DNA of 63,746 nt, filler included, from Chiloscyllium plagiosum (taxonomy: Eukaryota), in the NCBI RefSeq assembly GCF_004010195.1. It is 3 parts of one record of this genome, joined end to end, with 100 filler letters (N's around TTAATTAATTAA, not from the genome) between each part and the next. Parts side by side here need not be neighbours in the genome. Positions count along the whole stretch, not along the records: positions 42,610 to 63,746 come from NC_057717.1; 2 more parts are not named here. One strand, written 5' to 3'. A program made the translations under genes and the position numbers. Shown here one piece after another: positions 61,897 through 63,746 of this stretch. Numbering within the stretch: position 1 is the first letter of the stretch; every line of letters starts with the position of its first letter. Below the pieces are notes generated by a model. The model was not told where the DNA came from. It saw nothing but the letters and a program-made list of their open reading frames with translations, and did no database searches.

Positions 61897-63746
61897 TGAG
61901 TTGATACCATCCACGTATGTCCATCGTGGGGAGCTTTGTAGTTAACTCCAGTGAATTGAACTGGAAAACTGGAGAAGTTATTCGCCCTCTCTGGAGAGTT
62001 GTATATGCCACTCCTGTGTATTGTTGGAAACACAGTGTGAGATCGCTGCCCAGTGTGGACAAATTTGCAGCCAATGCTGGATGTGCCAGGACGTTGAAAC
62101 TCCAACGTTTACAACTCCATATTCCCATTTTGTCATGACAAATGGTGCTGTGGATGTGAAAATCACTGCCAGAGTGAAGTTCTGTCGAAATCAGTTTAAT
62201 GACCGACAAAGGAGAGGAGATGGGAAAGAGATACAGCAGGGGATATTGAGAGACAATGCCCTGGACGGATGTGGTCACATATTTTACATTGTTCAAATGA
62301 AGACCTTTCAACTACATCTTGCAAAACAGCCCAGAAATTCCAGGAATGAAGGGTGAACGGGGTGTTATTGTGCGTTCAGATGATGGAGAGTTTTGGATGA
62401 ACTGTTCAGCAGATTTGTAACTGGAATTGGGGACAGCAGAGTTTTCGACTCGTTGGGCTCAATCCAACAATAATTTGTCTCAGTGACATTTTCGATGAGT
62501 GTAGCAGAGGAACTGTCTACGCAATTCCGAATTAGTTTCCTCGTGCCATCTTATAGAACGCACTTCATTAACCATTTACCCCACACCTTAGTGTCGCTCA
62601 AATTCAATGCCAGCCCGTTCCTCCCAGCCATTATGACTGGAGGTTCTCACCATCGACTGATGTCTCTGGATATTCAGTTATTCCTGACATTGTTGCTATC
62701 TTTAAAAGGCTAATGGGCAACGATTGAGCTTTCCCAGTTTAGGCCTAACCTGCATATTTTGCCAATCATTGAAGATGTGAGTAAATTGCACCACGAGTTG
62801 TCGTCGGGGTCCAGCGGATCCTGGCAGGTGAGCTAATATAGAAGAGGACTATTATCTTCTCAGAGGAGGTTATAGCACCAGACCCACCGAGAATTCTCTC
62901 AGCTGTGTGCAGTATCTGCTATTTAAATAAATGTCAAGCAACAAAGAACAAACATCAATATTTTTCCCCGCTCTGCCAGAATGAGTGCCACCACATTGTC
63001 TCTGCTCTGTCACGGTCACTGTCTTTGCGTCATAGTGCACACAAATAATGCTCATGCACCACCACTCTCACTACTGTATGCAACACCTTCCACCACCATC
63101 TCTCTCATCCAATCTCCTCCAACCACATTAATAACACTGAATGGATTCAATACTGCCGATTGACTCAACCTGACACGTCACCATTTCACCCCACCACAAG
63201 CGTTTACAGTTGGACTTCTTCTCCCTCCCTCCCTCCTGACAGTTCTTTCATTCCAGGAGAAACATCATGCAATAGGACAAAAGGGGTCAAGCCATGTGTT
63301 GGAGTGCCGGACCTCTGTTCCCCCCGCCACTCTTCCATGTGGGGAGGATTCTGGTACGAGCCGGAGAGGATCTTGACGACTCATGTGGAGATTCTGAAAC
63401 ATCGACTTGCACCACCAAGTACGGATTAATGTCAATTGAAGCACAATTCTCACTTTAAACCCAGTGTCTGTTCCATTTCCACCTGTCAAAACTTAGAAAC
63501 CATGGCCCTGATGCTATCTGCCTTTTGTGTCGAGCTGGTGCAAATTGAACAACAAGTGGATCAAGCATGAGTATGAGATGACAGAAGAAACATGTTCAGA
63601 TACGTGTCAGTCATCATCAAGAACCCAGGTAGACTCGATGGCCCAAATGGCCTAATTCTGCTCCAATTTCTTACGCTTGATGATCTTCTGGTATTGGAAA
63701 TGTTTACTCAAGACATTCGTTGAGACTGAGTTTGTTAAATACTTTA

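Noticed and set aside
61595..62311. 238-aa minus-strand ORF
   Set aside because: Its C-terminal third runs through the inverted short-element pair and no protein family is recognisable; 61900-63746 is probably an old decayed element that I could not classify.

Overview
Repeat-dominated vertebrate genomic DNA, almost certainly from an elasmobranch (shark/ray), judged from HE1-type V-SINEs, a Deu-domain SINE and abundant CR1/HER1-type LINEs. No intact cellular protein-coding gene is supportable: nearly all listed ORFs are decayed retroelement fragments, tandem-repeat read-throughs or gap-spanning artefacts. Positions 1-39.4 kb are a multi-copy segmental duplication: 1-11.6 kb recurs directly at 21.1-30.6 kb, and 11.2-18.7 kb recurs inverted at 31.4-39.4 kb as a third, distinct copy. 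Copy-specific SINE, Penelope and CR1 insertions and VNTR expansions distinguish the copies. Positions 45.3-52.9 kb (remnants to 59.8 kb) hold an array of about 80 highly diverged ~92-bp monomers, each with an internal hairpin and a fixed order of CT tract, AAAATGG and GTAA(A/G)T motifs, with hints of a ~1.4-kb higher-order period. Minimal hammerhead-ribozyme motifs of Penelope-like elements occur repeatedly, including two long inverted-pair elements. Two 100-nt N-TTAATTAATTAA-N spacers are artificial joins, so linkage across them is unverified. All family names, boundaries and copy numbers were assigned by eye and are approximate.
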